A stretch of 64,000 nt of DNA from Eledone cirrhosa (GCA_964016885.1 OZ024755.1:12710001-12774000); one strand, 5' to 3'; counted from the stretch's first letter, positions 12,998-27,172 are shown. The notes: generated by a model not told the origin, from the sequence alone. Translations and numbers: made by a program.

Positions 12998-13653
12998 TAT
13001 ATATATATATGCGTGCCAGTGTTAGTTTTTGTATGTGTGTGTATATATATATATATATATACGTATGGATGTTTCTGTATGCATGTATGTATGTATGGCG
13101 GGTGACAACGTAGAAGAAGCGTAAACGAAAGAAAATCAGAATCCAGACATCCGAAAGATGCTAAAAACTTTACATTTACTTATTCATTTTCACACTCCCC
13201 ACTAATAAATATTCCTTTTCTCCGTAAAACTATCCTAGCGAATTGTACCCAATTTTTTGCTGTAAAAACAAATGTCTCTCGTCACTTTATATTCTTATCT
13301 TTCTCTTCTTTTGTATCTACCTACCATTTTTATCTCTATGTCTTCTAGAAACGTCTCTTTCTCTCATAGATTCCTTACTCCCCACTTTTATTTCTATCCT
13401 TGATATCTTCAATGTTGAATTTTAGATTTTAAAATCTCAGCAAATAAAAGTCTAGTTATTTTTTTTATGAAATATGTCAACTACCCCGCTGCCACACATA
13501 CACACCATATCTTAGTCCATTTTGCAAAAAGCCAAAATCCGTGTAAACACTGAATGTCACTGGAAGCAACAGGAGAATTGTCTACTTAACTATTTCTTCA
13601 TTAGCTTGCACTTGTTATTTGTATATATATGTATATATATGTATGTTATTTGA

Positions 13654-13688
<35 letters not shown>

Positions 13689-14258
13689 TATATATGTATA
13701 TATAATGTATATTATACCCATGGGTTTTGAAAACCAATAACATGTATTATTCCCTAGAACATTCTCTTGATGTTTTGTCTACAGGGACAAAAGGAAACGT
13801 TTTTTGTTCTAGGTGGTTAGTTTAAGTTATGATAACCAAATAAATTAGCATTTTTTACCCCCCCAAAATACAGGGTTGGTGGAAACGATTACAAAAAAAA
13901 AACGAAATGAGAAAAATAAGAAAACTGAAGTGTTTATGGGAATGAGGAAATATATATTGTTGAGAAACTAACTAATAAAAAATTGGTTTAAAAATTAAGA
14001 ACAAAAAGTATATATCTACTGATTGAAGGGTAAAGAAAAGTTTACGTAAGTGATTCGACCTCAAGAAAAGAAGTTTCTTCTCAAATTTGTCACAAATATT
14101 TAATCATCCAATATGGTTCTTAACGGCTAATGAGTTTTCGTTATGTGTAGAGATAAGACCATATTAAACCTAGTTTTAACTTAAGAAGTCTCAGCCACTA
14201 TTTATTTATAAAAGTAGAAATTTCCCGGAGGATACCAGAACACAAGGAAACTGTTATA

Positions 14259-14299
<41 letters not shown>

Positions 14300-14529
14300 A
14301 TATTCTTTATTTTATTTGTTTCTATTATGAGACTGCGGCCATGCAGGGGCACCGAATTAATTCAGTCGATTATATCGACGCAGTGTTTATATTTTCAAGT
14401 CTGTTATCTACTTTATTGATCTCTGTTCTGTCGAATTATTGTTAGAGACAATCTGATGACAAAGGAAAAACTCCAGAGTAACAAGTCACTGATTCGAACT
14501 TAATCTAACTATCTAGTTATCAATATATG

Positions 14530-14589
<60 letters not shown>

Positions 14590-15250
14590 CATATATACAT
14601 ATACACACATATATACATATACACACATATATACATATATATTTACAGACCAACATGGATATATATATATATATATATATTTACATATATATACACATAT
14701 ACACGTAACAGAGACACAGACTCACACACATATATATATATATATGTATACATGCATAGATTCTTTATAGGAATTTCTTAAGCCATAAGGGGAATATAAG
14801 AATTTATGTTGATAAATGTATTTCTCGTGCATCCCTCTTGTGGATACTTAATAAGATAGTTTTACTGATGTTCTGGAAGAAATATTTCTTGGGAGATTAG
14901 TGAAGTAGAAATGGAAGGAAAGAAAGAAAGAAAGAAAGAAAGTAAGAGAAAGAAAAAAAAAAAGAAAGAAAAATAACAACAAATAAATACATAATATAAA
15001 AAAGACTAATGTATATATATATATAAAAAAGACGAATATATAAATATATATAAAAAAAGACTAATGTTTGAATATATATAAAAAGACTAATGTATATATA
15101 TATAAGATTAATGTATAAATATATATATATAAAAGACTAATGTGTACACACACACACATACATACATACACTTGCGCACCATTATGTGTATAGTTTTTCT
15201 GCTCCAGTGGAAGTTAAGAGAAAAAATTGGTAATTATGCTTGTCTTATGA

Positions 15251-15308
<58 letters not shown>

Positions 15309-15358
15309 AGGGTTGACGGACCAGCATATATATATATATATATCGTGGTCCCACACAC

Positions 15359-15420
<62 letters not shown>

Positions 15421-15702
15421 CTACGATAAAATGTACTCAATACACGCCATCAAGTGGTTGGTGTTACGAAGGGTATCCTGCCGTAGAGATCATGCCAAAA
15501 ATGAAACGTTTGAACAAGATCCATTCATCTGTATAATCTATGGAAAATGTGGCATGGCGTGGCGTGCCGTGGCGTGGCGTGGCGTGGTGTGTGTGTAAAA
15601 GGGTAAAAAATCCCTTCGATAACGAATGGCCATGGGATTTTCATATACAAAGGTTGTTTATGAAAGACCAACAGTCTCCCATGCATGCAAATCTCCCCTC
15701 TC

Positions 15703-15747
<45 letters not shown>

Positions 15748-15793
15748 TTATATATATAATATAAGATCAAAAGATGGTTAAAAGAGTTCCAAG

Positions 15794-15864
15794 TATTTTA
15801 TTATGCGCATTTCAAAAACAAATATCATCATGGGATGATATTTGCGTTCTCATCAGATAAAATA
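15794..15864 (-). ncRNA. Type I hammerhead ribozyme, family F third copy (within element about 15757-16030)
   Basis: Minus strand: TATTTTAT CTGATGA GAAC-GCAAATATCATC-CCAT-GATGATATTTG-TTTTT GAAA TGCGCA TA ATAAAATA. Confidence 0.85.
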
Positions 15865-16028
15865 GGGAGACATGATATGAAGCTTAAAAAACACTAGCGA
15901 GCAGTGAAGTGTTAAATCAACATATGAAAAATAAAGTAAGATGGATATTTGAGATTGGAAAAAAAAGGAGGGGGAGGTAGGAAAAGGTAAGGAAGAGGAA
16001 GAAAGAAAATAAAGGATGACGGGGGAGG

Positions 16029-16063
<35 letters not shown>

Positions 16064-16150
16064 GCTGCCCCAGCATGGCCTCAGTCGGATGGCTGAAACT
16101 GTTAAAAGAAAAGTGTATATATATATATATACACATATATATATATATAT

Positions 16151-16264
16151 CAGGATAGAACTGGTTAGACCATTACTCAACAGAGTACTCAATACTTGTG
16201 ATAGCAGAGTATGACTATGAACTAGCTGTTGAAACGCAAGAGCTCGGCCATCAGGTCCTGACTC

Positions 16265-16268
<4 letters not shown>
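16151..16268 (-). mobile_element. PLE-like tail fragment in (TA)n
   Basis: Minus strand: CATACTCTGCTATCACAAGTATTGAGTACTCTG, similar to the family A/C tails. Confidence 0.55.
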
Positions 16269-16316
<48 letters not shown>

Positions 16317-16461
16317 AGAGAGGGAGATAGGGGGGAGGAGATAAGTACCGTAATAACTTAGGTACATTGCACTGGTGTATGATAGTGTCATGAAAAGACA
16401 CGCTTGCACCCACAACTACTTACAAATATACATACATACACACATGCGCTCACACACACAC

Positions 16462-16498
<37 letters not shown>

Positions 16499-17044
16499 AA
16501 GTGGTTGTATTGTCCCTGATAAACGTAAATGATCACAAAGTTCTATGTCAAGGAGACAGTCACTCTAAGATGCTATATATAACTATTTTGAACCCTTATT
16601 TTCTTGAAGGACACTCAATAGTTTCTCAGGAAGTTAGATACAACTAGTTCATAGCTTCTTTATAATTGACCTGTAAAATGTATACTAAAAATATTAATCT
16701 TATATAAGCCCCTTGACCGGGAAAAACATTTGACACTCACCCGTTGGATTGCGTCACTGGCTCCATGATAAAAACCATTCGTGCATTTATAGATTTAAAC
16801 CTACCATTTTATTTTAAACATCAGCTTAATAATTCTTGATAAATTTTCAAAATTATTTGAAAATATTTAGTAATGTCTTTCATTAGAAATATAGTAGCAA
16901 CTGAGTTTTGTAGAGGATATATGTTCATATAAAAACCTGTATTACCTGCTTAAGCAGATATAACGATGTATGAAATACTTTTTAAATCTTATCGATTTTG
17001 TAAACAAATTATTCTTGTTCACACCTTATTTACATATAGTGTAA

Positions 17045-17080
<36 letters not shown>

Positions 17081-17158
17081 TTGATCGATATTGAAACGAT
17101 TGCAATATCCCAATAAAATTCATATATATGTTGCACAGTGACGTCGATCCTACTTACT

Positions 17159-17202
<44 letters not shown>

Positions 17203-17239
17203 ATACAAAACAATCAAATTTTAGCTTAATACATTTAAT

Positions 17240-17286
17240 TGCTGACGACCGTTTTTTCCAGACAACTGTCTGGACTCATCGGAGCA
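17240..17286 (-). ncRNA. Decayed hammerhead motif
   Basis: Minus strand: TGCT CCGATGA GTCCAGAC-AGTT-GTCTGGAA AAAA CGGTCG TC AGCA. Stems are intact, the core is mutated. Confidence 0.65.
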
Positions 17287-17504
17287 TACACAATGTTTAA
17301 ACAAGTTATTATAATCCTTTTGTCACTCTTACTTTCAATATGATGTCACTGATACTGTCAATAGTATCGGGGGGGGGGGGGGGGTCTTATAGACTTTGTA
17401 AACAAACTATTTGTGTTAAAAGCTTATTTACATATAGTACAAACTCGACTGGCGATAATATAAATTAGTGATACCACTAACAAAACATGATTGAATATAA
17501 TGGT

Positions 17505-17948
17505 TCCTTATATAGGCATAAGGCCAGCAATTTTGCGGGAGGGGAAAGTCCAAGAGTGTGACTTGTACTTTATTTTATCGACTCCGTAAGAGTGAAAGGC
17601 AAAGTTAACTTCGGCGCGGTTTGAACTCAGATGATAAGGGACCGTAACTCAATGTTACAAAGCATGGCGTCCGACCCTCTACCGATACTGCCAACCCACC
17701 GCCCTTACATAATTCAATATAATGATGTATATAGACTCGATATACAATATATATACTTATAATTGTTTCTACTTTAGGCACAAGGCCAGCAATTACCCAG
17801 TGCATTACTGGTACTTTATTTTATCGACCCCGTAAGGATGAAAGGCAAAGTTAACCTCGGCGGGATTTGAACTCAGTCCGTAAAGGGACGTAACTATGCT
17901 GCAAAGCATGGCGTCCGACCCTCTACCGATACTGCCAATCCACCGCCC
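17505..17948 (-). mobile_element. Two SINE S1 copies (17505-17705, 17761-17948)
   Basis: The second is full length, with TSD TATATATACTTATAAT (17748-17763, 17950-17965). Confidence 0.85.
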
Positions 17949-18401
17949 TTATATATACTTATAATAAACATACATTTATATATATATACTTATAATAAAC
18001 ATACATTTAATCTTACTGTGAGTATAATGTTGATTGTGCCTCAGCAAGATGAAAGCTACAATGAACTATAGCGACATTTAGCCTTCAGGACATAACTTTA
18101 AACCACAGCAATTTATTCCAACATCATATCCGCGTTGCTTTATTTTACACACCGTTTCTCTTTTATGATTGCGGCCGCTTATCTTCTATTTTAGGTCCAT
18201 AGATAAAACTAGACGGGCCTGATTATGTGTTAAATGTATGGGAAGGGTGTATACAAGCAAGCATGAACCTTTTTACGAGTTTTAGATAAGATAACCTCTT
18301 CTTTGTAACTTTGGCCATATTTTGGTTCTTGAAACGTTTTCAGGTTTCAAGGTGGAAAAGGTCTAACTGAAGAAACATTCTGTTGTGGTCTCCACCCCCA
18401 C

Positions 18402-18459
<58 letters not shown>

Positions 18460-18551
18460 TACATATATATATATATACAGATACATATATGCATGTGTAT
18501 ATATATATATATATATATATATCACATATACATATATGTATATGTATATAC

Positions 18552-18597
<46 letters not shown>

Positions 18598-18609
18598 GCA
18601 TATATGTAT

Positions 18610-19855
18610 GTAAGAATATTTTGGAAACAGCGAGTGGGTTTGAAATTATTAGAAATGTAAGCTATCGCCGTATTTTGACTAAAGAATTTAAAGAAATTAT
18701 TTAGCCTGATAGTGGGGTTAAGAACCCTCGGAGAAATGGAAAAAGATGGGTATTGACGTACATGTACGTCAATACTCATCTTTTACGAACCCGCATACTC
18801 ACACAGACGCAAAACTCCCGTATACACATAACCAAAAGCATATGTACCAGAATATATAAAAATATACGCCATAACATATACAATCAAATATACGTACGAG
18901 AAAGTATACGTACCTTCACAAAACATACAGGTAATATATACTTACCTATGCAAATAAGTAATGGTATAAACATAACATATACTTAGATACCACATCAAGA
19001 CGTAAAATATCCATGTATAGATCGTACTATCCGTTAGGGTGTAATGTGGGGCTGTAATACAGGAAAGTTTTGTGCAATTTATGTTTACAAGCCGAAATTG
19101 CCTCAGACTTTTTGTTGAAGATGTGGTCTGTGGCGTAGAGTATTTCCAGGGACTCAGATGGTCTTTTATTTCCGTTATACAATCTAGCCCTAGCTAGGAT
19201 CTCCCAGTGTAACTTATATTGTGTGTGGTTGTCTTTTAGACTCCACATATAAGCTGAAAGTGACGTCATATTCCTTCTTAAAGGGTAACGAAAAGAATAG
19301 GTATGCATGTAAAGACGCTGCTTGAATCTATTGGCAGTTAACTCTATGTAGGCCCTATGGGACGTGGATGTTTCAACCTTACATTTGTAGACAATGTTAC
19401 TAGAGAGGCATTTCCCGGATAGGGGGCAATCAACCCGATTCCTACAATTACAGTTAGTACTAACTACAGGGTTGCAAGTGTTCCTACGGCTAGGTAGTTT
19501 AGCTAAATTTGAAGCTGTGATGTTATGTGCAAGGTTAGGAGTCGTAGAGTAAGAAATTTTAATAGTATTTCTATTAAAAATTTTACTATATTTATGTGTA
19601 GGGGGAAAATGCTTCGCAATAAGGGATAGAAAGATCTTCGCTAATGGTGTGGCCACCTCCATATTATATGGTGGGTTATACCATATAATGCGACGGGGTC
19701 TATTTCTTTTAGGTCTATTCTCGTACTCTGTATATGCTACCTTATCGACAAATCCACTCCGAGCAAGAGCTTCATTGTAATAAGTGGAATGGTCGTTGAA
19801 AATATGCTCGTTAGTAGATAGACGGGAAAGCCTCAACGAAACGTTTCTTACCAGG

Positions 19856-19858
<3 letters not shown>
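18610..19858 (-). mobile_element. 5'-truncated Penelope-like retroelement inserted in (TA)n
   Basis: Carries the GIY-YIG ORF remnant, which abuts (TA)n at 19858. The left boundary is uncertain. Confidence 0.75.
19027..19836 (-). pseudogene. PLE polyprotein C-terminus: RT thumb/linker, Cys cluster and GIY-YIG endonuclease (possibly Naiad clade)
   Basis: Motifs IIWYNPPY, IFNRNTIKISYS, CNCRNRVDCPLSGKC, NIVYKC..YIELT..FKQR..H, LSAYMW, NKKSE..CKH. YIG is mutated to YIE, the usual CxLC motif is absent, and the RT core is missing. Confidence 0.85.
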
Positions 19859-19900
<42 letters not shown>

Positions 19901-20013
19901 TATATAAAACAAATTAACTCGAAAATAGGGAAATAGGAAAACTCGGCTTATGGAAACTGTTAGAACAACAAAATACCGTCGAATCAGCGTTGGGTAAGAA
20001 ATTACCTCGAAGG

Positions 20014-20057
<44 letters not shown>

Positions 20058-20202
20058 GCCCTCTAGGGTGCCACAATTCACGTAGTCTTTCATTTGTACA
20101 TTTCATGCACACATTTAAACGTCAATAATTATATTATTAGAAATATCCAACTCGAGCAGTCATGTTTTCAATAAATCATATTTGAAACTAAAGGTGTTTC
20201 CT

Positions 20203-20273
<71 letters not shown>

Positions 20274-20690
20274 CGTAAATACTATATAAGTGAGTATGTA
20301 CAAGCATGCATACATATATACGTTACATGCATACCTACGTACATATGTATGTTTGTGCATGTATGTATGTATGTACTTATGTATGCGTGCACGTATGTAG
20401 GTGTATATGTATGTATGTATATATGTGTGTGTGTGTTTATATGCCAACTATGTAAGGTTTGTGTCATGGGATTGTATGTCTACGTGTATACAAGTGTACT
20501 CAATTTCGTTTCCTTGCTTGTCATTGAACACCTCATAAATTAAACCTCCTTTTCACATAGCTATCAAATTCGTTATCCTACAATCGCTCTCTCTCTCTCT
20601 TTATATATATATATATAAACATATATATATATATATATATATATAGCGACGAAACATAAGTCAATTGCATGAACTCATAATCCTTTATTT

Positions 20691-20746
20691 ACTGCTATAT
20701 ATATTTCGATGATAGCCATTGAGTGGCTATGACCTCATCAGGCAGT
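20691..20746 (-). ncRNA. Type I hammerhead ribozyme, family H (element 20646-20883)
   Basis: Minus strand: ACTGC CTGATGA GGTC-ATAGCCA-CTCAA-TGGCTAT-CATC GAAA TATATA TA GCAGT. Confidence 0.85.
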
Positions 20747-20879
20747 TGGTCAGTTCTTAGATATGCCAGCTCTGTGTGTATAGTGTTGATTGTATCAGAG
20801 CCTTGGGACATATATCGGGTATCGACTGGGGAGTAGTTTGCTTATTCACCTTTTTATAAATAATACAAATTGATGAAAG

Positions 20880-20917
<38 letters not shown>

Positions 20918-21279
20918 CTATATATATAATCTTTCATCAATTTGTATTATTTATAAAAAGGTGAATAAGCAAACTACTCCCCAGTCGATACCCGATATTA
21001 ATTACCCGGTTAAAATCTAAACAATTTTGTGGTAAATGTTTCTAGAACAATTGATAGGGTCTTGAAACATTCTTGGATTTTGACAATTAGTGTGGAGTAG
21101 ACTAAAAAACAGTAACAAACCGTGGAGAAAAATTCAGTAAAAACCCTTTTTTACTGATTCATCTAAACATCTGCCGTCATAATTTTATGTGGAAAACCTT
21201 TAAATTATACTCAAAACATCAGCTGGTAACTTCTTTTTCCGTCTTTTAGGGGGATCTTCACCCTATTTTATAAGCTGTT

Positions 21280-22107
21280 TTATAATATCGATGTGCTTCA
21301 ACAAATCATCCTTTATACTTATAATGACAAAATTAATTATATAACTAAATCCCATCGGTTTTCTTGATTATTTTTTTAATATTTTGAAAATAATAGGCAG
21401 TGTTTTTCATTAGAACTATGGTAAAAAAAGGGTTAACTTGTTTATATATAAAAACATTCCATTATCTTTATGTAAGAACGATAAAATAAAGTACCAGTAA
21501 TGCACTGGGTAATTGCTGGGTAAATGCTGGCCTTGTGCCAAAAGTAGAAACAATTATCTTTATGTAAGAACCTTTGTTAAGTTATGCTCCAAACGTCATC
21601 TCACTTTTGAGACATTTAGTTATATTAGTTAATCCCTCCAAATCCCTCAAAATTCTTTGTTATTTTTAAAATTATTTGAAAATAACAGACAGTGTCTTTC
21701 ATTAGAACTATGGTAATAAAGTCTTAGCGTGCTTATATTTAAAAACCTTCCAGTATAATTTTATGTAAGAGCCTTTGTTAAGTTATGCTCCAAATACCAT
21801 CTCAATAATGAGAACGTAGGTTATATTACTAAATCCCTCCAAATTCTTGGTTATTCTCAAAATTATTCGAAAATAAGAGACAGCGTCTTTAATTAGAAAC
21901 ACGGTAATACATTGTTAACGTGTTTATATTTAAAAATCCTTCATAATTTTATGTAAGAGCCTTTGTTAAGTTATACTCCAAACATCCTCTCAATAATAAG
22001 AACTTAGGTTATATTACTAAACCCCTCCAAATTCTTGGTTATTCTCAAAATCATTTGAAAATATTAGGCAGCGTCTTTGATGAGACATATGGTAACGAAA
22101 GGGTTAA
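21280..22107. repeat. Diverged tandem array of 180-190-bp units, possibly derived from a piggyBac-type end
   Basis: Four units of AAATCCCTCCAAATTCTTGGTTATT..CATTAGAACTATGGTAA; units 1 and 4 end in AAAGGGTTAA. Related monomers near 16800 and 56820. Confidence 0.7.
21480..21552 (+). mobile_element. 5'-truncated SINE S1 with 19-bp TSD
   Basis: ATTATCTTTATGTAAGAAC at 21461-21479 and 21553-21571. Confidence 0.9.
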
Positions 22108-22565
22108 ACGAAAGAACCGAAAATAATTGCTTAGTCTCACTTCACCGTAACAGAACGTATCAAACACTACCACAAACTCTCTTCCAAACTAATTAAAACA
22201 GATGCCGTTCATTATCAGTTTTCTCCGATTGTGGAATTTCCCTCAATGGATATAAAGCCATCTGATGAGATACGAATGGAAAATAGATGAATGGACTAGA
22301 TTAGACTGAAGGAAGTGTAATTTAGTGAAACAATGACCTATGACATCATTTCAGATATCCAGTTATCAAATAAGAGCTTTCATAGCACGGGCTGACCTCC
22401 TGGCCTTGACTCAGAACTTGCTTTAATAACTTATAGAATCGTATATTTTCATTCAGCGCAGATTTCTGGCACCAATGTATGTGTAAGTGTAGATATGTTT
22501 CTGTATGTGCATGTCTGCGTACGAACGTATGTATGTATATATGTATATACGTGCTTGTGTGTACA

Positions 22566-22626
<61 letters not shown>

Positions 22627-23197
22627 ACGTGTGTGTACGTGTGTGTGTATGTGTGTGTACGTGTGTGTGTGTGTGTGCGTATGTGCGTGCGTGTGTGTAT
22701 GTATGTGCGTGCGTGTAAGTACGAATATTTATATGTGTAAAAAAAGAGTGTTCGTTTTAATACGTATATATATGATCACATATATACACACATATATGCA
22801 TGTGTGTGTGTGTGTGAGTATATATATATATGATGTATGTATGCAATTTACAAGATTGTCATTTTAACGTTTGGAATGGAGAAAAATCTGTCTGTGTCAT
22901 CAAAATAATTTAAACGGAAAGAGGAAGTTATATAGCAATGAAGGTAAAGTAATTAATTCAGCTGAGGTAAGTGGATTAATTTATAATTAACGCCATTTTA
23001 TTCTATATTAGAAACGTCTTTCATATTAGATATTATTGTTACACACAGCAATCAAAGAAAATAACAATACAACCATGTGGTTTCAGGGTACATTCCCATT
23101 GTCTGAAACCTTAGGTAAATATCTTCTACTGTGTCTGCCATAGCCTCGGGTTGACCAATGCTTTGTTAGTGGAATTTGGTAGACAGCACCTACAGAA

Positions 23198-23438
23198 GGC
23201 GCATGGCTTAGTGATTAGAGCGTTAGGCTTGCAATCGAAAGGTTGTGCGTTCAATTCTCGGACCGGGTGATATGTTGTTTCCTTGAGCAAGACACTTTAT
23301 TTCACGTTGCTCCGGTTTACTCAGCTGTAGAAATGAGATGATAGGGACTGGGGTCCCTATCATTAAATCACCCAAGACACCTTGGAGGTGGCCAGCTAAA
23401 CCTGCATAGGTGTGAGCTGTAACAACAACAACAAACAA
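23198..23438 (+). mobile_element. tRNA-derived SINE family S2
   Basis: GGCGCATGGCTTAGTGATTAGAGCG..GTTCAATTC..CCTTGAGCAAGACACTTTATTTCACGTTGCTCC. Related to 25322-25475 and 54965-55242. Confidence 0.75.
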
Positions 23439-24209
23439 CCTACAGAAGCCTGTCGTATGCTAACCTTGTGGTGTGATTTCTACAAGAATTATAACACGAA
23501 GAAGAAACATTTGGCCAAAATTTTCTAAACTACATATTAGGAAAGTGGAAACAGTTTTTTGATGGGTGCTTATATTTTAGATCAATTAAAGTGCGAAATA
23601 CAATCATTTCGCAATATTTTAAACGCCCATTCATTAATTTCACTGCAGAAACCAGTGAGAAAGAAGTTCTATTTTGGGGGCATATTCTTAAATTATGTAG
23701 CACCAAAATTACGACAGACATTCGATGTTGTCCAAGGAAGAGGCAAAGGCTGATATAGGTTAACACTAGAGCCACCGCAGCACATTTCTACAGCATTGCC
23801 CAGTCAGGAAATCGAACTGTTGAGAAAAAAAAACTCTCTAGCCACTAAGCACTCTCTCTCTGTGTGTGTGTGCGTGTGTGCGTGTGTGCGTGTGCGTGAG
23901 AGAGAGAGAGAGAGAGTACACTGCAACTGCCTTTATGACTGCTTTTTGTTGAAAATGTCTCACTGAGAGAAACGATTTTTTTCCTTATAAAGAAAAACAT
24001 CACATCTGTGCATGTCATTATTACATTACATATAATACATACATATCTACAAATATATATGTGTGTGTGTATGTGTGTATGTGTGTATGTGTGTATGTGT
24101 GGTGTGGTGTGGTGTGGTGTGGTGTGGTGTGGTGTGGTGTGGTGTGGTGTGGTGTGGTGTGGTGTGGTGTGGTGTGGGTGTGGGTGTGGGTGTGGGTGTG
24201 GGTGTGTGT

Positions 24210-24256
<47 letters not shown>

Positions 24257-24681
24257 CTATCGTATTTATTGGAAAATATACAAATCTGTCACTAATGTAT
24301 CATATCAGATACTACATTATATATATATATATATATTGTGTGTATGTGTGTTTCTGTGTGTGTATGTATGTGTGTGTGTGTTTCTGTGTGTGTGTTTCTG
24401 TGTGTGTATGTATGTGTGTGTGTGTTTCTCTCTTATTTATTGGAAAATGTACAAATCTGAAATATTCCATTCATATAAGCAGACTTTAACCTTTGTGACC
24501 AATTTTATAAATAACACATTATCTGACAGACAATCTGAATTACATCGGTTGATAGGGAGCAAAGTAAACACATGCACGTAGTAGTCTCTGGTCGATTGGT
24601 TAAGGGGTTCAGTTTGTCATCATAAAGTCCCTGGTTCCATCTCTCTGCGTAACATTTACCCTCTGTAATACATCCATTAAT

Positions 24682-24872
24682 AATTGTTTCTACTATTGGC
24701 ACAAGGCCAGCAATTATTGCAGTGCATTACTGGTACTTTATTTTATCGACCCCGTAAGGATTGAAAGGCAAAGTTAACCTCGGCGGGATTTGAACTCAGA
24801 CCATAAAGGGTCGTAACTCTTTGCTGCAAAGCATGGCCTCTGGCCCTTTACCGATACTGCCAACCCACCGCC
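24682..24872 (-). mobile_element. SINE S1
   Basis: Full-length match to the S1 consensus, with ATTAATAAT at both flanks. Confidence 0.85.
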
Positions 24873-25062
24873 ATATTAATAATGACGAACTGACTGAACA
24901 TCTCAAGAAAACATCACCACACTTCATCTTTGTTTCATTCTATCGTCTAGAGTCATCTCTACCTACTGGTTGTTTCCACAGTCACAGATTCAGTGTGTGA
25001 GTCTGTGTGTCTGTGTGAGAGAGAGAGAGAGAGAGGATGTGTGTATATATACAAATATATGA

Positions 25063-25276
25063 TTTCTAGTATAGGCACAAGGCTAGTAATGTGGGGGGAG
25101 GAGAAAGTCGATTAAATCGACCTCAGTATCTTACTGGTACTTTATTTTATTGACCCCGTAAGTATGAAAAACAAAGATAACCTCGGCGTGATTTGAACTC
25201 AGACCGTAAACGGCCATAACTCTATGCTGCAAAGCATGGTGTCCGACGCTCAACCGATTCTGCCAATCCACCGCCC
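25063..25276 (-). mobile_element. SINE S1 (long-tail variant)
   Basis: S1 head and core plus a GTCGATTAAATCGACC segment. Confidence 0.8.
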
Positions 25277-25590
25277 TTATATATACAAATATATGCCATT
25301 GATATATGCATGTTTTGTGAAAGCACATGGCTTAGTAGTCAGGCTTACGATCGTAAAGCTGTGAATTCGATTCCTGGAGCAACACTTTATTTCACGTTTG
25401 AGAATATATATATATAAGTAGAAGGAACTTTGACCATATATGAACAACCGTCCGGTTGTGGAACCAACCAACCAACCGGAAATTTATAAATTTATAAATT
25501 TTTAAATTTATAAATTTAACTTATAATAAATTGGAGTGAAAGCAACTGGTGCGTGTGTTTCTTATTGGCAACATGACCCTCCCAAAGCAT

Positions 25591-25641
<51 letters not shown>

Positions 25642-25690
25642 AAATAAAGTTAAATAAAAGTCAAATGATTAAAATTTAGCTTCGTTTATT

Positions 25691-25745
25691 ACTGCTATAT
25701 ATATTTCAGTGACAGCCATCTTTGGCTGTGACCGCTTCAGGCAGT
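25691..25745 (-). ncRNA. Hammerhead motif related to family H (A9 to C)
   Basis: Minus strand: ACTGC CTGAAGC GGTC-ACAGCCA-AAGA-TGGCTGT-CACT GAAA TATATA TA GCAGT. Confidence 0.75.
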
Positions 25746-26359
25746 TTGAATTAGTATGGTATAGACAAGTACATATGTTGTTTAGGTGTATGATATTGTC
25801 AATACTCTGATATGCCCAGTTCCTTGTTGGGTTGTTAATTCACTGGGGAACTGGAGTCATATATATATATATATATATATGTATATGTATATGTGTGTAT
25901 GTGTGTGCGTGAGTGCGTGCGTGCGCGTAGCACGTGCCCGCGTGCGTGTGTGTGTGTGTAAAAGGTAAACAGAAACAACAACTCAATCGGTACAGTATAT
26001 GGAAGGGATATATTAGGTTAATGCTTGATATAGCAGGAAGAGGGTATTAAAGTTTCGTAACCTCGTCACTCACTGCATTTTCCCGAGAACTAGGTTTGGG
26101 CTACACGTGTCTGTGAGTCGTCTGTACCGTTGTTGAAACACTTGTCATCGCAACATAAAGAAGTACAAGAAAACAAAATGTGGGAGGGGGGGGGGGGCTT
26201 TAATTTCCAATTGATTCAGAAGGTGAAAAAAAAACCTTAGATTACAGAATATAAAAAAAACATTCGTAAATGAGAACGTGAGCATTCTAACGTTATCTAT
26301 TTCTCTGTTGTTCCCCCCCCCCCTCTCTCTTCTTTCTCTTCACTCTATTCTCTCCCTCT

Positions 26360-26403
<44 letters not shown>

Positions 26404-26437
26404 TGTATGCGTGTGTGTGTGTGTATACATACGAATA

Positions 26438-26533
<96 letters not shown>

Positions 26534-26544
26534 ATATATATATA

Positions 26545-26826
26545 TGAATGTGTGTCTATATATATGTCTATATATATATGTCTATATGTCTATATATATA
26601 TATATGTCTATATATATATGTCTATATGTCTATATATATATATGTCTATATATATATATGTCTATATATATATATGTCTATATATATATATATGTCTATA
26701 TATATATATATGTCTATATATATATATGTCTATATATATATATATGTCTATATATATATATATGTCTATATATATATATATGTCTATATATATATATATG
26801 TCTATATATATATGTCTATATATATA

Positions 26827-26862
<36 letters not shown>

Positions 26863-27172
26863 TATATATATATGTCTATATATATATATATATATGTCTA
26901 TATATATATGTCTATATATATATATATATATGTCTATATATATATATATATGTCTATATATATATATATATATATATGTCTATATATATATATATATATG
27001 TCTATATATATATATATATATATGTATGTCTATATATATATATATATATGTCTATATATATATATATATATATATGTATGTCTATATATATATATGTCTA
27101 TATATATATATATATGTCTATATATATATATATATGTCTATATATATATATGTCTATATATATATATATATA

